Assembly: GCA_001949185.1 (NCBI GenBank)
Contig: BDGG01000003.1
Location: forward strand, 712,115 to 776,114
Direction of reading: 5' to 3'
From: Ramazzottius varieornatus
Lineage: Eukaryota > Animalia > Tardigrada
DNA length: 64,000 nt
The notes below the pieces were generated by a model. It did not search any database, was not told where the DNA came from, and saw only the letters and a program-made list of their open reading frames with translations. The position numbers were made by a program, and so were the translations under genes. Shown here one piece after another: positions 10,850 to 24,049 of the stretch. The first letter of the stretch is position 1; each line of letters begins with the position of its first letter.

Positions 10850-11510
10850 AGAACAGCTTTTGATATACCTCAGACAACTGTCTTCGCAGTCTTAGCCCAT
10901 CAGACCATCTGGAACATCCAGTGCAGCAAGTACACGGATGAAGAAGGCAAGAACGAGAACCCAGTCTTGTTCAGGAAACTACAAGAAATCCAGGACGAAA
11001 TCATCCGAAGGCTGGAAAGCGGGTCGGCCAGAGCCTCCCGAGTACGCGAGTTTGCCTTAATTAAAGAAATCACCGACATCAGCGGGACCGTCAAGCCCTA
11101 CGAAAAGGGGGAAAAGCGAAAGTAGGCCTGCATGCCTGCAAGAACCGGCCAAGATCAAAGCGCAACACGGTAAATCTTTTCCCTATATGCGCGTTAGTTG
11201 GTCAATCTGTTTTGACCTGTTTGAATATTTACCCAGGATCCCAGGTTCTTACGTGCCGTCGAATCCCGAAGCGGTCGTTGTGGGCAATGACGCCAAGTCG
11301 GGCTTCCCACTGCAAGAGTGCGGCCAAGGCTCCCTACTAGGCCAGGTTCTGGGTCAAGAAGTGCCCCTTGGACCAACTGGAGGAGATCGGCGAACGACCG
11401 GGCAAGTGAGACTTCCGCGACGCACCCGAATACTGGCAAGCGGCCATCTTCAAGGTCGGCGACGACGTTCGCAGATCCATGCAGATCTTCAAAAACGTCT
11501 TTCATGGTAA
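10850..11510 (+). pseudogene. PI4KA: PI4-kinase III alpha fragment, copy B
   Basis: AHQTIWNIQCSKYTDEEG, REFALIKEITDISG..KPYEKG, YVPSNPEAVV, WQAAIFKVGDDVR, QIFKNVF. One intron is retained; several stops and frameshifts. Confidence 0.9.
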
Positions 11511-11701
11511 AAGATACCCTAATGCTAACTTCTATTCAATAATATCGGAAATATCTGTAAAAAATTCATGCTGTGCGGCGAGGACTTCGTGCCGAGACTT
11601 TCGAGGGTTGGTTCGGCGGCGTACTATACAAAGCGGTACCCCGATCACAATTGAAACTCGGCTCCTTCTCATCATGGCGCTGACGGGTACGTTTTGCGGT
11701 A

Positions 11702-14700
11702 TCACATTCCTTCTCGCGGCGGATGTCTGCGCGCTGATGCTTTGGCGGCAAAGAACTGTAAAACGCAGATGAGGAGATTGATGATGGGTAATGATTTCCA
11801 CTCAGGGGTTATACTCTTACCTGTCGTATTTTCACAAACGCATCGGGAAATTTCGGTGCAACATGCAGTCGTTCGCCGATCCAACTGGGCAGTCGTCGGT
11901 TGATCAGCGTCTGAGCGTATCGAACATCTACGAGGAGAATGACAGCGTAGTCATCCTTGTGCCTTATGGCCCGACCTAAAATGTGAAAGTGAAGATTCAG
12001 GCATCTGAAGAAATAAAGTTAATGAAGAACACAAAATGGTACCGATGGATTGATTGACGGCTTTCATGCACAAGTTATCGTAGTGGACTTTGCCCGGCTG
12101 ACGTCCATCAGGCGATTTCGGCAGATTAACGTTGAGGAAGTTCATCTTTTCCTGTAGCTCCACACTGTGCATGTTGGGGAAGGGCAGGCCGATCATAACG
12201 ACGCAGCGACCCAGGTCGTCGCTGAAGTTGATGCCTTCGCTAAGCTTTCCGCCCACGACGGAGAAGATGATCGCACCGGTCTTGCCATCGGTCTTTAAGG
12301 TTTTGATAGCTTGAGAGTAAGCCTTCAGCACTGCGTCTGCGTCGGATGACTTCTTTGGCTCGCGGAAAATCTGCAAGAAAATTATGGCAGCATATTCTCA
12401 ACGTTTTCTGCACCGGTCGGGAATAAATGACGGATAATCGGCAATTCCGAATTTCTACTCAACTTGAGTTTCGACTTTTTCCTGGATACCCTCTAGCTTA
12501 CCATTTTCTTTTTTTCGATGGATTTTGCAATGTCAGACGTCTTTGAGAACGCTGCGAAAATCTGCTCCTCAAAATCGTAAGATGGGAAGAAGCAAACGAT
12601 ACCACCAGGTGTGATGTTGGTCAAGTTTACCAGTAAACGGCCGAATTGCATCACCTACAAAGGGGGCAAAAAGCCAAGTTACTCATGCGACAGTCCTCCG
12701 AGAACTGCTCGCTAACATCACGTGTAAAGTGAAGAAAGGTACAAACGTACCATGTCACTGTTTCCGCGCTTCTCGAAGTTAAACTCAAAGGTGGAGCCAC
12801 TTGGTCCTTTCCCAAGTGCAATGGGTAGGATGTTATCCGGAGAGATGACATGCCCACAGGAAAACTTGTGGAGACGAGTCAGAGAAATATCCGACATTTT
12901 CAACAGCTGATCTTCGAAGTCAGACACCTGAAAAACAAAACATAAAATCAGCCGAGTGCCGCGAAAAAAACTATCTCCGGTTCACGGAGAGTCTTACAGG
13001 TTGCATCGTTCCACCAGCCAGAATGACACATCGTGCCGACTGCAAAATATCTTTGATATACACTGCCGGATTCAGCAACAGGAATCTCAACTTCCCATTC
13101 ACGCTTTTGTCCACAAACACTCGACCATCTTTATTCGCGTTGGTCAGCGTCTCCAAAAACCCTTCAATCACCATCAACGGAGAACCCATGCTGGCCGACT
13201 CGTCCACTGACGCTTCCATCCCTTCCGGATACCGCTCAGAAAATGACATCAGCTTCCTCGCAATCAAACTCTTCTTACAGTATGCCAGGATTTTAAACAG
13301 GTTGATCGTGTCGAGCTTGGCTTCGATCAAGAATCTATCGATGGTTCTAACTTCCGTTTTATTCTTATAGTGAGACATATTCTGATCGGCCGGACCATTC
13401 TCAATGTCTGTATTGTTTAGGTTGTGTGTCTTATTCTGGTTATTTTTCGCTTCGTTGCTCCAGACGTTTTTGAGTCTTGTGAGGACAACGAGAAGTTGTT
13501 TGATGTACAGCAGGTTCTTTGGGGTAAGTCTGGTCCTGTATCGGTCGTGGTACTGCTGGAGCTGAGACAGAGCTTTGGACGTCTGTCTGAATGTGATTTC
13601 CGTGCTGTACATGTTGACGACGGCCTCCAGGAGGTTGTGGGCTTCATCGATGATAACCACTTGGTTGTCCAGAACGATGCCGGAAGCCTCGCGGGTTGGT
13701 CGATGGAGGATGAGGTTATAGGGGACAGCCACCACTTCGGCACCGGGGACGGCGTAGCGGCTAGCGTAGTACGGACAACCGATGTGGTTGATACCGGCTT
13801 TGGCGGACTCTTCAATGTCCAGTACTTCATCCTAGAAGAGAAAGATATGTCGGAAATTCTTTGAGACCTAACAGGAGTTTCAAGAACGGAGTAAGTCGAC
13901 TTTCGTTCACCTGAGTACTCGCTCATGATGATGAAGACAGAATTTAGTTGTATGCAGGTACATGACAGGCGAGACTCGCATTCTCTCATCCACCTGCATA
14001 CACTGGGCGGACAGAGCCTAATCACACGAAAGTATGCGGGTGAATGAAGAGCGACGGTTTTCTGTCTTGTGATCTACAGTAGAGAAACTCCGAATGTTTG
14101 CCTACCAGAATTTGCGTACTGAGGTTCTCAATGTGCGCCATCTCGTAGTACGGGCAGCTGGACACCGCGTTAGGGTCCTTTTTGACGCGTTTCTTGGTGG
14201 CTGATTCCGCATCGACCACTTTCTTCTTTGACGTGCCTTTCTGTAGCTCGATGCAACGGTCGTTCATTGCACGAACGGACCTCAGCTGTCTAACCGGCTC
14301 GAAGACGCACAGGTTCTGTCGGGAAGCCAAAGCAGATACTCGAGTACTCGAACCGAATGGACTCTTCTTCAGCTCGTGGATGAACTGCGTCACTTGCGAA
14401 TGGGTCCTCGTACAGTAGTAGATCTGGAAAAGAAAATCGTCAGAATGGTTTCTTATAAAGCTGTTGTCGGTATGAATTAACCTTCATGACGTGATCGGTT
14501 GGTTCGGCGTCTTCGTCTTTTCTATTGAATGGGACTTCTTCTTCGTACTCGTCCAGTAGCAAGTCAGCATCAGGCAGGTCCGCACCAAAGCCTTGCTGAG
14601 CTTCTTTGAGTATGCCGTTGATTTCGGCAACAGAGTTCTCGACTTCATCCTTGTCTTTGCCTTTCCGTTTGACGGCTAGTTTCTCGCGGCGCTTCTTCCA

Positions 14701-16404
14701 CTGGAGCTCTCGGACCAAGCCTTCTTCAATCTTTTTCCGCTGCAATCGAAGCACTTCCTTGGCTTTCGTGGTTTCGTACTCGGCAGCGAGCCAGTCAGTG
14801 GAGATCAAACTGGTTGTCTTTGTCAACTTCCGTCTGCAATAAAACCAAAACAAATTTTTGCTGGGAGGAACCTTAAGCTAGTATTATACTACATTTCCCT
14901 GCACTCGATTCCTGGGAATCGTGAGAACCTATCAGTGTTATTTTATTCATCATAATAGGAAATCGATTTCAATAATTAAAATCGTTTTAATTTTGCGAGT
15001 TGGTGTTCGCTTGATTGATTGATCCATAATAGGAAATCGAATTTTAATTTTAATAATTGAAATTCGTCAGCGGTGATTGATTTCACTTGCAGTCAGCTGA
15101 TCACATAGACTTAACATCAGCACGTGACTTTTAATAATTTTAATTGCATAGTAAAATAACACTGGAACCTATCTCATCCCGAGTAACGTTTCCCGCTTCC
15201 CCACTTCCCGGATCATGAAGTTGCGGGAAATCTGATACTTGGCCCTCGTGATCCATGCTCCGAGAATGAGTCTAGTATAATAGATCGCGATCCGAACTAT
15301 AAGTTGGCCGCTGATCATCATTGGCCAAAACTTGCGTGATCTATTTCGGAGTGAGTTATAAACTATTGTTGGCTTCTTTTCCTAGCAAATTAAGGCATAT
15401 ATCTAGCTGTAGGATGATACATCCAGTGGCGGTTTCGGACTTTTGGTTTTTGCGAAATTTCGAATTTTTTACAGGGCGTCACTGGCCGCTGATCAACATT
15501 GACCAAAACTTGCGGAAGCGTATTCGCGTACCTTGAGTTCTTCCCTGCTCATTTCGTACAATCAAACCCAGCACGATCCATGAACCGCTCCATGGCGAGG
15601 CGATCATGACCCCAAACGATGCGGACCATGGTTTTCTAATATCATGATCCATGTCTCCGCACTCGTTTCCCACCACCTGATCCATTTCCCGTGATCCGGG
15701 AAGTGGGTTTTTATACTAGGAACCGTGATCTAAGTTCCGGATCACGATCAAGTATAATAGGTCAGATCACAAAATCGAGTTCTGAATGTGTGATCTGGGA
15801 AAAGTAGTAAAACACTAGCTTTAGGCTTTCTTGTTCGATATTCCGGCTTACTCTTCGTCCTGAATTTTCCTAAGGCGACGTTCCATGTCTTGCTTGTACT
15901 CCTTCAGCCATGTCAGCGCTCCGCAGATGATGCTCAGAGATTTTCCCTACAAGAGTACACGTGTAGCCAAAACCAGAAGATAAAACACAGCCACGCGCAG
16001 ACCAACTATGACTATCGGGCTATGCGCCACTAGCGTGGAACATTGGCTACAGTGAAAGCACGAGCGCCAAAATCATATTCCACCGTGGACCTGACCATGC
16101 GCTCTCGGGAAAGTGGGTTATGGTTGGCCCTCCCCTGGCATCCGAACAAAGACAGGTAAATGTGTATTTCAGTACTGTATTGAGACGATCAATTTAATTC
16201 TGATCTCACCGTGCCTGTTGGACTTTCGAAGATCCCAATCTTCCTGTTGTTGATGGCGTCGAATAAATTTCTCATAAAACTATCCTGGATGTCGTAGGGC
16301 TGGAACGGGAATGGAAAGGATGCAGGAGGAGCAATCGCCTCGCCATAATCTGGGATGATGTCAGCTCCATTCGTTCCGATGACTCTGTCGACAGGTTGGT
16401 CCAT
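11702..16404 (-). CDS. DDX11: ATP-dependent Fe-S DNA helicase DDX11/ChlR1, ~886 aa, 10 exons
   Basis: Exons 16404-16210, 15946-15852, 14833-14482, 14423-14106, 13831-12998, 12927-12751, 12654-12502, 12370-12043, 11975-11821 and 11755-11702 splice in frame. Motifs: [58 protein letters not shown]. Confidence 0.95.
14876..15820. mobile_element. Non-autonomous PIF/Harbinger-type element in DDX11 intron 2
   Basis: TIRs AGCTAGTATTATACTACATTTCCC and GGGAAAAGTAGTAAAACACTAGCT, with TTA on both flanks. Confidence 0.8.
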
Positions 16405-17848
16405 TCTTCCGACGCAAGACTAACTTCTTCTCTTCTCCACCTAGCCCCTAAAATTATCATGAGGTTAGCCTCTTAAAAAACATGAGGTGGGATATCTTAT
16501 GATTTGGGACATGTGAAGGAAAAGCAGAAGAATGGTGGGCAAGAACAATAGTATTTTGTGAAATGTGATCCTGATCAGCGATGGCCGGATGATTTACCCA
16601 GCCTAATATCAAAAATTACCCGTTTGTCACGTACGGCTTGCTGTTGACCGGTCGAAAGAGGAAATTTGTCGTCGGTGCGCACAGTCTTCGTCCCAAACAG
16701 GGAATCCGGTCTTCGAACCCAACTTTAGCGGTTTTTACATGTTCCAGTTCTCAGGTCGGCGCAGTGGTTTCCGCAGGCGCAACATTATCACAGAACGTCA
16801 GCTCCTCGAAACATTGCGAAACATCACGTTGACTATGTTATCGAACTGACGAGTGACCACGATATGCCAGAGCGGAAAGCCAATCAAGTGTCTCGTTGGC
16901 GTTTGGTCATCTCTTCCGTCTGGCAGTATTGTGGTCGAACCGAGTAGATTATTAACGCATTATTTCGTGACGTCTAGAGCAACTGACGTCAACCGTAGTT
17001 AGGCATGCGGAGACCACTGAACGAGAGATAGCATAGTACCACGTACTTCACCTGATTATTCGCATAGACAAAAATACTGGCAGCCGGCCGAAAGCGGCAG
17101 CGGCCAGCTAAAGCTGGCCAATCAACTGAATCGATTAATGCGCTGTCGCTTTCAGCTACTGCTAATATTTTGTCTATGCCAATAATTAGATAAAGTACGT
17201 GTGTGGAAAACGGTAACGCTGTGGTAACAAACATATCTGTATGCTTGATTGGGCTGATTGCCGGTCATGAGGCATGCTGTATTCGATGTTGGGAAGCCAT
17301 TCTGTGTTTTCGGTAATTCACTGGGTAAATCATCCGGCCATCGCTGATCATGATAGTTTTCCTTTCAGGCCATTTGAGAGGCTTGTGGTCATCGTGTGTG
17401 CTCAATCAAATGCAAAGCTGTCTGTAACAAGCGGAAATGACGGTCACGTGCGTATGACGTATTCATAAACTTGTTTGTTGTTCGGTTAGTTTTTAACGTC
17501 ACAACCATCGTTTGGAAGGAGTCGTCTCATATGGCTTGGGCATATCTGCTTCTGTTTGGCGTGACGTAAATGATTGATTTTATCGTTGTTTCCATCAAAG
17601 AAACTCATTCGCATATTGTTTCTCCAGACAGTTTACGCGAGTTTTGTGATAGTAATCGGCAAGACTTTCCTCTACAGGCTACGGGACTACTGTGGACGGA
17701 CGAGAATAGAAGGAGTCACAGACACGGGAGCAGCCATAATCTTGACACGTTTTCCAGATCGATTTGTCTCCGTCGACGGATACCTGAGCAACGCGTCGAC
17801 CATCATCTCAACTTACCTCTACGCCTTCCACCCTTTGTAACCGACAAC

Positions 17849-19827
17849 ATGGCTACAAAAAGCCAGACGAAAGCCGAGCAGAACTCCAAAATTATCCGCC
17901 AAATTGGTCAGCTACCGCACAACAAGAACTGCTTCGATTGCGGACAGAAGGGACCAACATATGTCAACCTCACCATCGGAGGTTATGTCTGTACGGCGTG
18001 TTCTGGCATTCTGTAAGACCTCTCGATCCTTCCTAATTTTCTAGAGATTTCTGGGAAAAAAATAGCGATCTGTATGTTCGATAGTCGATACTCCTGTTAA
18101 AACTGATTTAATTTCGGAATTTCTGATCAATTTTGAAATAAATTGGCCAAATCAATTCCCTTGTGCTTGATTGGGCTTTTGCTAACAGGGCCGTGCTGAA
18201 CCAATCATATGTCGTTATGTTTTGGTACGGGGCGCTGATTAGCTGTTGATTGCGAATTTTAACACGGAAGTTCTATCACTGCGGCGGAAGAGACGGTAAC
18301 TTGTGTTCGTGTGCGAAGGTTCTAACAGGTTTGATGGTTACAGACGAGGCCTGAATCCACCACATCGTGTCAAGTCAATCAGCATGGGTACGTTTCAAGA
18401 CGACGAAGTCAAGTTCATGCAGCTGCGGGGCAATGCGGTAAGTGTCCATCAAAATCACGTTGCTTCGGTCACTCACGCTGACGGACAGCGTCTACTCAGA
18501 CCATTCCTTTTGTAGTTCTGCAAGAAAGCGTGGCTATGGAATTTCGATCCACAGACTGGACCAAGGCCACCTGAAATACGTGACGACCAGAAAATGAAGG
18601 ACTTTCTAGCGGTGAAGTACGAGAAGAAGAAATGGTACCATCCAGCGCACGACACACAGATGGCGGACCAACTCAAGCAGCAAGATGACTCTTCGAGCTA
18701 CGGGAGCCTTCGAGGAACAGACTCGGAAAGCTCTCTGTCAAGAAGAACCTCCACAAACTCACAAAGAAGTCAGAAAACTCCCGATTCAGCCAATGCCTTC
18801 AACACCGAGTCGCCAGTACAACGGCACGCACCAATCAGCCTGGTAAGAACTAAAATGTTGGTCAGCTGGTATTTTGCGCGAAATTGTTTGATGCTCCGCC
18901 TGTGGGCGTGCTTTAGCCTCCCTCGACCAATGAAAACGGCGCTTTCAGGCAGGCCGTATTTTGGTTGGTCTGTCGGTTTTCGGTTGATTAATTGATCTGG
19001 TGTTTTCGTTGCAGCCGAGGTCCCACACCGCCTCTTCGATCAGCTCGACTTCCGGAATGCCTTCAACAGAAAAGTCCGCTTCCGACGACCTCTTCAGCGT
19101 CTTCGGAGCGTTGCAAGTTACTTCTACAGCTTCCCCGACACCTGCAGTACTTGTGTCGCCCGGTGGACCCAACCTCGGCGTCTTCTCTTCCTCGGCTTCA
19201 GGCTCGCAAGAATGGGCCAACTTCGCCAAATCCCAGACAGTCCCGGCCTTCACCCAGTCCTCCCAGCCTCAACGTTCGCTCCCACAACCGATTCCTGTCA
19301 AACCTCTCCAACCAATGAACAAAAACACAAATCAGCATCAAAATGGCGCACAATCATCCGCCAGTAAACCAATCAACGTAAATCAAAGCTCGAGCTCTGA
19401 TAAATACGCCGCCTTGGCCGAGCTTGATGAAATGGTCAAAGGCACACCACCGATTCACAATAACCTCGATACTGCTTTCCACACTTCCCACCCCACACGT
19501 ACGAACCACAACGTCCACAGTGCCTCATGGAATAACAGTGCCTTCGGCAGTTTCGGCCAGACGGCTTTTACCGCACCAGTTTGGCCGGCTGCAACGACGT
19601 CACATGGGCCCGCCCACAATGGTCATTTCACCTGGACAGAACAACCAGCAGTTAATCAAGCGAAACCTGTCAATTATGATGTGTGGGGGAGTGCGCCGCC
19701 TCTCGCGAACCCTTTTTTGATGGGCACTCCCAACTCTTCCATGACGAATCCGCAAAGTCTTTTCAACTCTTCGACACCTCACCAGCATCCCGGTGGAACT
19801 TCACATCCCACGAACCCTTTTCTTTGA
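17849..19827 (+). CDS. AGFG1: ArfGAP with FG/NPF repeats (AGFG1/Drongo), ~465 aa, 4 exons
   Basis: Exons 17849-18012, 18344-18437, 18516-18842 and 19015-19827. CFDC..CTACSGILRGLNPPHRVKSISM, DKYAALAELD, and two NPF motifs including the terminal TNPFL. Confidence 0.95.
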
Positions 19828-21265
19828 GTTTAAGGCCTACGTGTTTCTTTTTTACTTTGGTGGTTTATTTCGAGTTTGAATGGGTAACATTGTTGTTTAC
19901 TTCTGTTTGCTCGGTGACTGTCAACAAGACACGAATTTTTTACAAGTACCGAGCTATGCGAATGGGCATTTCGCGTTGGGTTTTTCAAGCAAGAAAAAAC
20001 GGCCAGCCTGGTGGTTGAGATCAGCGAGAAAGTAGAATCGATGGTCATGCAGTACTGCTAGCGCGTCGGCATGCCGGGATGACAGTACTTGTACCCATCC
20101 ACATGAACGTACGTACATAATGCATGCGCAAACCGGCAGTCGGCAAGGAAGAGAACCACACAGCAGACTTTTCAGGTTAACGGGAAACTCTGACCCTACT
20201 GTTGGTCGAGTATTTTGCCCTTTTGTTTGTGTTATACGCGTTCTCTGTGGCTTGTTGCTGCAATACCATGCAGTGCGAATACACCCTGGGTGCGCCAACT
20301 TTCTACCATCTATCATTTCGACACGGAAAAATTCAGTGTGCTATTTAATCACGCACACATCCGTACTTTCCATACAACTTTTCAAGTTGTTTTGATTGAA
20401 CCAAAATACATCTCGGTGCACCAATATTCGGTTCGATAAACTTGATTCGTATGGCTTCCGGTGGGGAAGACAGATGGCACCGAGTGACATGCACTCTGCT
20501 GCATTCCAGATTTGAGTTTTGAAGCCTAGTTTGGTTTAGACGATATCGCGAGCTAACAACTACTCAAGTTGCCTGCATAAATCGAGAAAGAATATAACGG
20601 CAGCGTACTAACTCATCTCGGCAACGGAATTAAAAGCCGTCAAAATTTCTCCCTTTTGCCGGGAAATCTTCTCTGGTGAAAAGATTTCTAGATCTTTTTT
20701 GGAACTGCAGATCCATGTTCTCCACCCACTTTCCTGTAGTTCAGTTCCGGTTTTGATTGTTACGAGCAACAGAACTCTGGGAAAATCAACGGAGAACTGA
20801 AAAAATAATTTTTAAAAACGGCCCAAAAATTTGCGAAAGCTTGTTTAATTTTCACTTCGTGCATCCCCAAGATAAATTTTGATTCCAAGTTTTTGTAAAA
20901 AGATTTCTGACCAGTAATTTTTTAGGAGGTAGAAAACTCTGGGTGTTCAATCTAGGAAAGTTGATTTCAGAGCTAACCAACAATCGCGTGGAGAAAGGCT
21001 GGATATAAGGGGGTGGTCGCAAGTTGGCGCACTCAGGGTGTATTTAGTCTTCTCACTTTGCGGAAAGTCGTTTATAATAGTGTATCAACTGAACCTTCCT
21101 TTAATTATTTCTAATTGCTGCCTACTCGAGCTTTTTCACGTTTCTTTTATCGACGAGAAAATGACCAGGCGCACTTCGGTGGTTGACCAACCGAAATACA
21201 ACTACTGTGACTGCATGTACACATGATTTTTAGTTCGGTCAACTTCGGTGCGGATACTTGATAGG

Positions 21266-22728
21266 TTATAGCTTGATCACTGAAAGAAAAACCAGAGCAA
21301 AAACAGCCGGAATCCGGACCTGAGCAAACTTTGGCGCCTGGCTCTTCAGGATAATCGGAGACTCAGTTGCGAAGTTGGCGTTCGGGGTGGCTGTTTGTCC
21401 GGAGTAATAGCTGACGACACGCCCATTCGGTTTTTGGAGGGGTCGGAAGTTATCTACCAGGCGATCCTCGGGTATCGTCAGGTTTCCGATATTGCGTTCG
21501 TGCAGACGGCGAAAGACGTTGAGTTGGGCTTCGGTCACTTTCTGGGGCTGTCGCATAATGCTCCACTCAACGGCTTCAGCACACGGTGGCGTGGTCAGCG
21601 AGCCTTGATAACGGTAGAAAGCCGGCGATGATGGAAGAAACTCGGCTAAACTTAATGAAGGTATTCGCACGCTCTTCGGAATATCTGGAAAAATTGCCAG
21701 GTTAGTTTGTGTGCAGTGACGTGCGTTAAAACTACTGTACGGTACTCGGTTCGGTGGTCAACTGAATGGCTTGGACGACCGCATCCAAATGTTGATGCGC
21801 TAAATCTTTGTCGTCGGTCAGCTCGAACAAAATAGCAATGACGGCCATCCCAGTACTTTCCGTCAGGGCTTCCAAGTCGTCCTCTGTCACTTTGCGATGG
21901 ACTATGTGTAACTGAAAAGATTCGAGTGCAGGAAATTAGCGGACCGGAAGTCGGTTCACTGTACGGTGGAAAGACACCCTGCGAGTTAACCATACCTCGA
22001 GTGGGTAGCGTTTGCCATCAACGGAATGTTCAGATCCACGAGAATCGGTACTGCCCCAGTGGAAATGGAATTGCGTGAAGACGTAAGATGCAGGTAAGCC
22101 TCCGGCCTGGACGGTTGGAAGTTTTGACCCGAATACACCGCTAAACTGGACTACAGTAAAGAATGAATGAATTATTTGTTAAAGAGGAGCTTCTGATCCG
22201 TCTGTCAGTCATAAATAATTATTGCGCAGACGTGCCGGCATGTCCATTATTAATGACGACCCAAGTGTCGTTCTGCGGATGAATGCCGTAGAGAGCGAAC
22301 TCGAGCTGGGTCAAGGACGGGTTCTCCGTCGTACGACTAGTCTCGATGGCCATCGGCGACTGGTACTTTCCCTTGCAAGAAGGGAAATCTTTCTGCCAGT
22401 CTGTGGGCGGAATTTCTAAAAGAAAAACATGGTATGTGGTAAGATTGGGAAGCCACTGAAATCAAGAGTCCACTGTGATCCGTGATCGAATTTAGCACTT
22501 ACCGTCTATGACGCTTTTGTAACCCCAGTGATGGGACGGCAAATTGCTGACATTCTGTCCCAGTGCCAGCACTAAAACAATGACAGATATGTGAGAAATT
22601 GAAATGAGCTCGCTACCAAACGCCGAGCTATATTATGACAAATAATTCAAAACCAGCAATTCACAAGCCTTACCAATCTGTACCGCAAATAGTAACGGGG
22701 CGAAATAAAATCCGGTATCCACACTCAT
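21266..22728 (-). CDS. Secreted/GPI-anchored alpha-carbonic anhydrase, ~347 aa, 6 exons
   Basis: Exons 22728-22674, 22571-22503, 22415-22236, 22150-21996, 21911-21746 and 21684-21266. HWGY, QSP, NNGH, QFHFHWG, GSEH, ELHIVH, YQGSLTTPPC, NFRPLQ. Signal peptide and hydrophobic C-tail. Confidence 0.92.
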
Positions 22729-22768
22729 GATGATGCTCAAAACCGTATATCGAGATCCTGTGATAATA

Positions 22769-23105
22769 CAGTCATGGTTATGGGTCAGCGTCACCCCCTA
22801 GTCCTCGGTTGCTTCTGGTATCTCATGATCCTGTCGTCCGAACTTAACGATTCAAACAGCATTACTTAGAGCACACTTTGGACTTTCTGATCATGTGATA
22901 GGTGGTTGTGCAACAATGTTTTCTCGTTCAAATCACGCATGCCTACCGGTTAATTGATTGAGCAGGTGAACCACCTGTCACGTAACCAAAAGTCCAAAGT
23001 GTGCTTTAAGTAATGCTGTCTGAATCGTTGAGCTCGAACGACGGAATCAAGAGATCCAAGGAAGCAACGGAGAACCAGAGGGATGCTGGCCCATGACCGT
23101 AACTG
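22769..23105. mobile_element. MITE with ~140-bp TIRs and CAGT termini
   Basis: CAGTCATGGTTATGGGTCAGC..GCACACTTTGGACTTT is mirrored by AAAGTCCAAAGTGTGC..GCTGGCCCATGACCGTAACTG. TA on the left flank. Confidence 0.85.
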
Positions 23106-24049
23106 CAGGGAAACAGTAACTAACGGGAAACTGCTATTATGGTCCGCCAGGAAGAAAAGCGTACAAAAGTTTCGACGTGTGGAGAATTTCTATTAAAACA
23201 ACAGGTGGAAAGTATGACACAAATATGAAAGACTTTTGATACTGTCTCCGATACTTTCGAGGCGGCTCACGGCACTTAGTAGAGCTTAAATGCTAACAAA
23301 GGTAGCGTCGGCTTCCGCGTGGCTGTTAAGATAAATGACATTGTGCCTGTTTCGTTACTTTAACACCTTGAGCACGACGCGGTTTCGTGCTTTGAGAACT
23401 ACGAGGTGGGAAACTTACTCTCGGTTGAGGTCGGTGGGCGGCGCCTGGCAAAATTTTGGGACTGTAATGTTCAGTGCGCAACCTACCAACTTAAAACGGT
23501 CAGCCTTCAGATTTCTCGCTGACTACTAGGCACATGTTTTTCTCATATCTAAAATCTTCCCAAGATATAAAATTTTGCAGGTCGAGCTACAGTTTTTATT
23601 GAGACTCTGGACTAACTGAGAGCCTGGTTGAAAAATGCTTTGATAGCTAAGGCGAAATTCTACTGGAAATGGGAAAAGTTCCACATAGTTTTTCACAGCC
23701 ACTGTCCAGTGGCAGTTAGTTGCAGTTTCGCGGGAAGGTGACTCTTCAGGCAGGCGAGAAGAAACGGGTAGCAAATGTTAACCTTGAATTTGGCTACGTA
23801 CGAATTAGTGTGCACCAGGAAAGAGTTTCCCGCCTCTTGCTCAGCCTGCTGAGTTGAGTTTGGCTGCTTCCATGTTTCAACCGGCGGAACAAGAACTTTC
23901 CGTCATTTTATGGCCCGGCACCCGACTGTATCACATGGATCTATTTACAACGCAATCGTAAGAACGCTTCCGATGCCATATTTCCGTTTTGGCATCTTGA
24001 ACGACAGTGCTGGTCTTATCTATCGCATTCGCCTGCGGCAAATATATTA

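Noticed and set aside
13023-14025. Long overlapping ORFs (13023-13370, 13417-14025, 13424-13864)
   Set aside because: Antisense or alternate-frame shadows of DDX11 exon 5.
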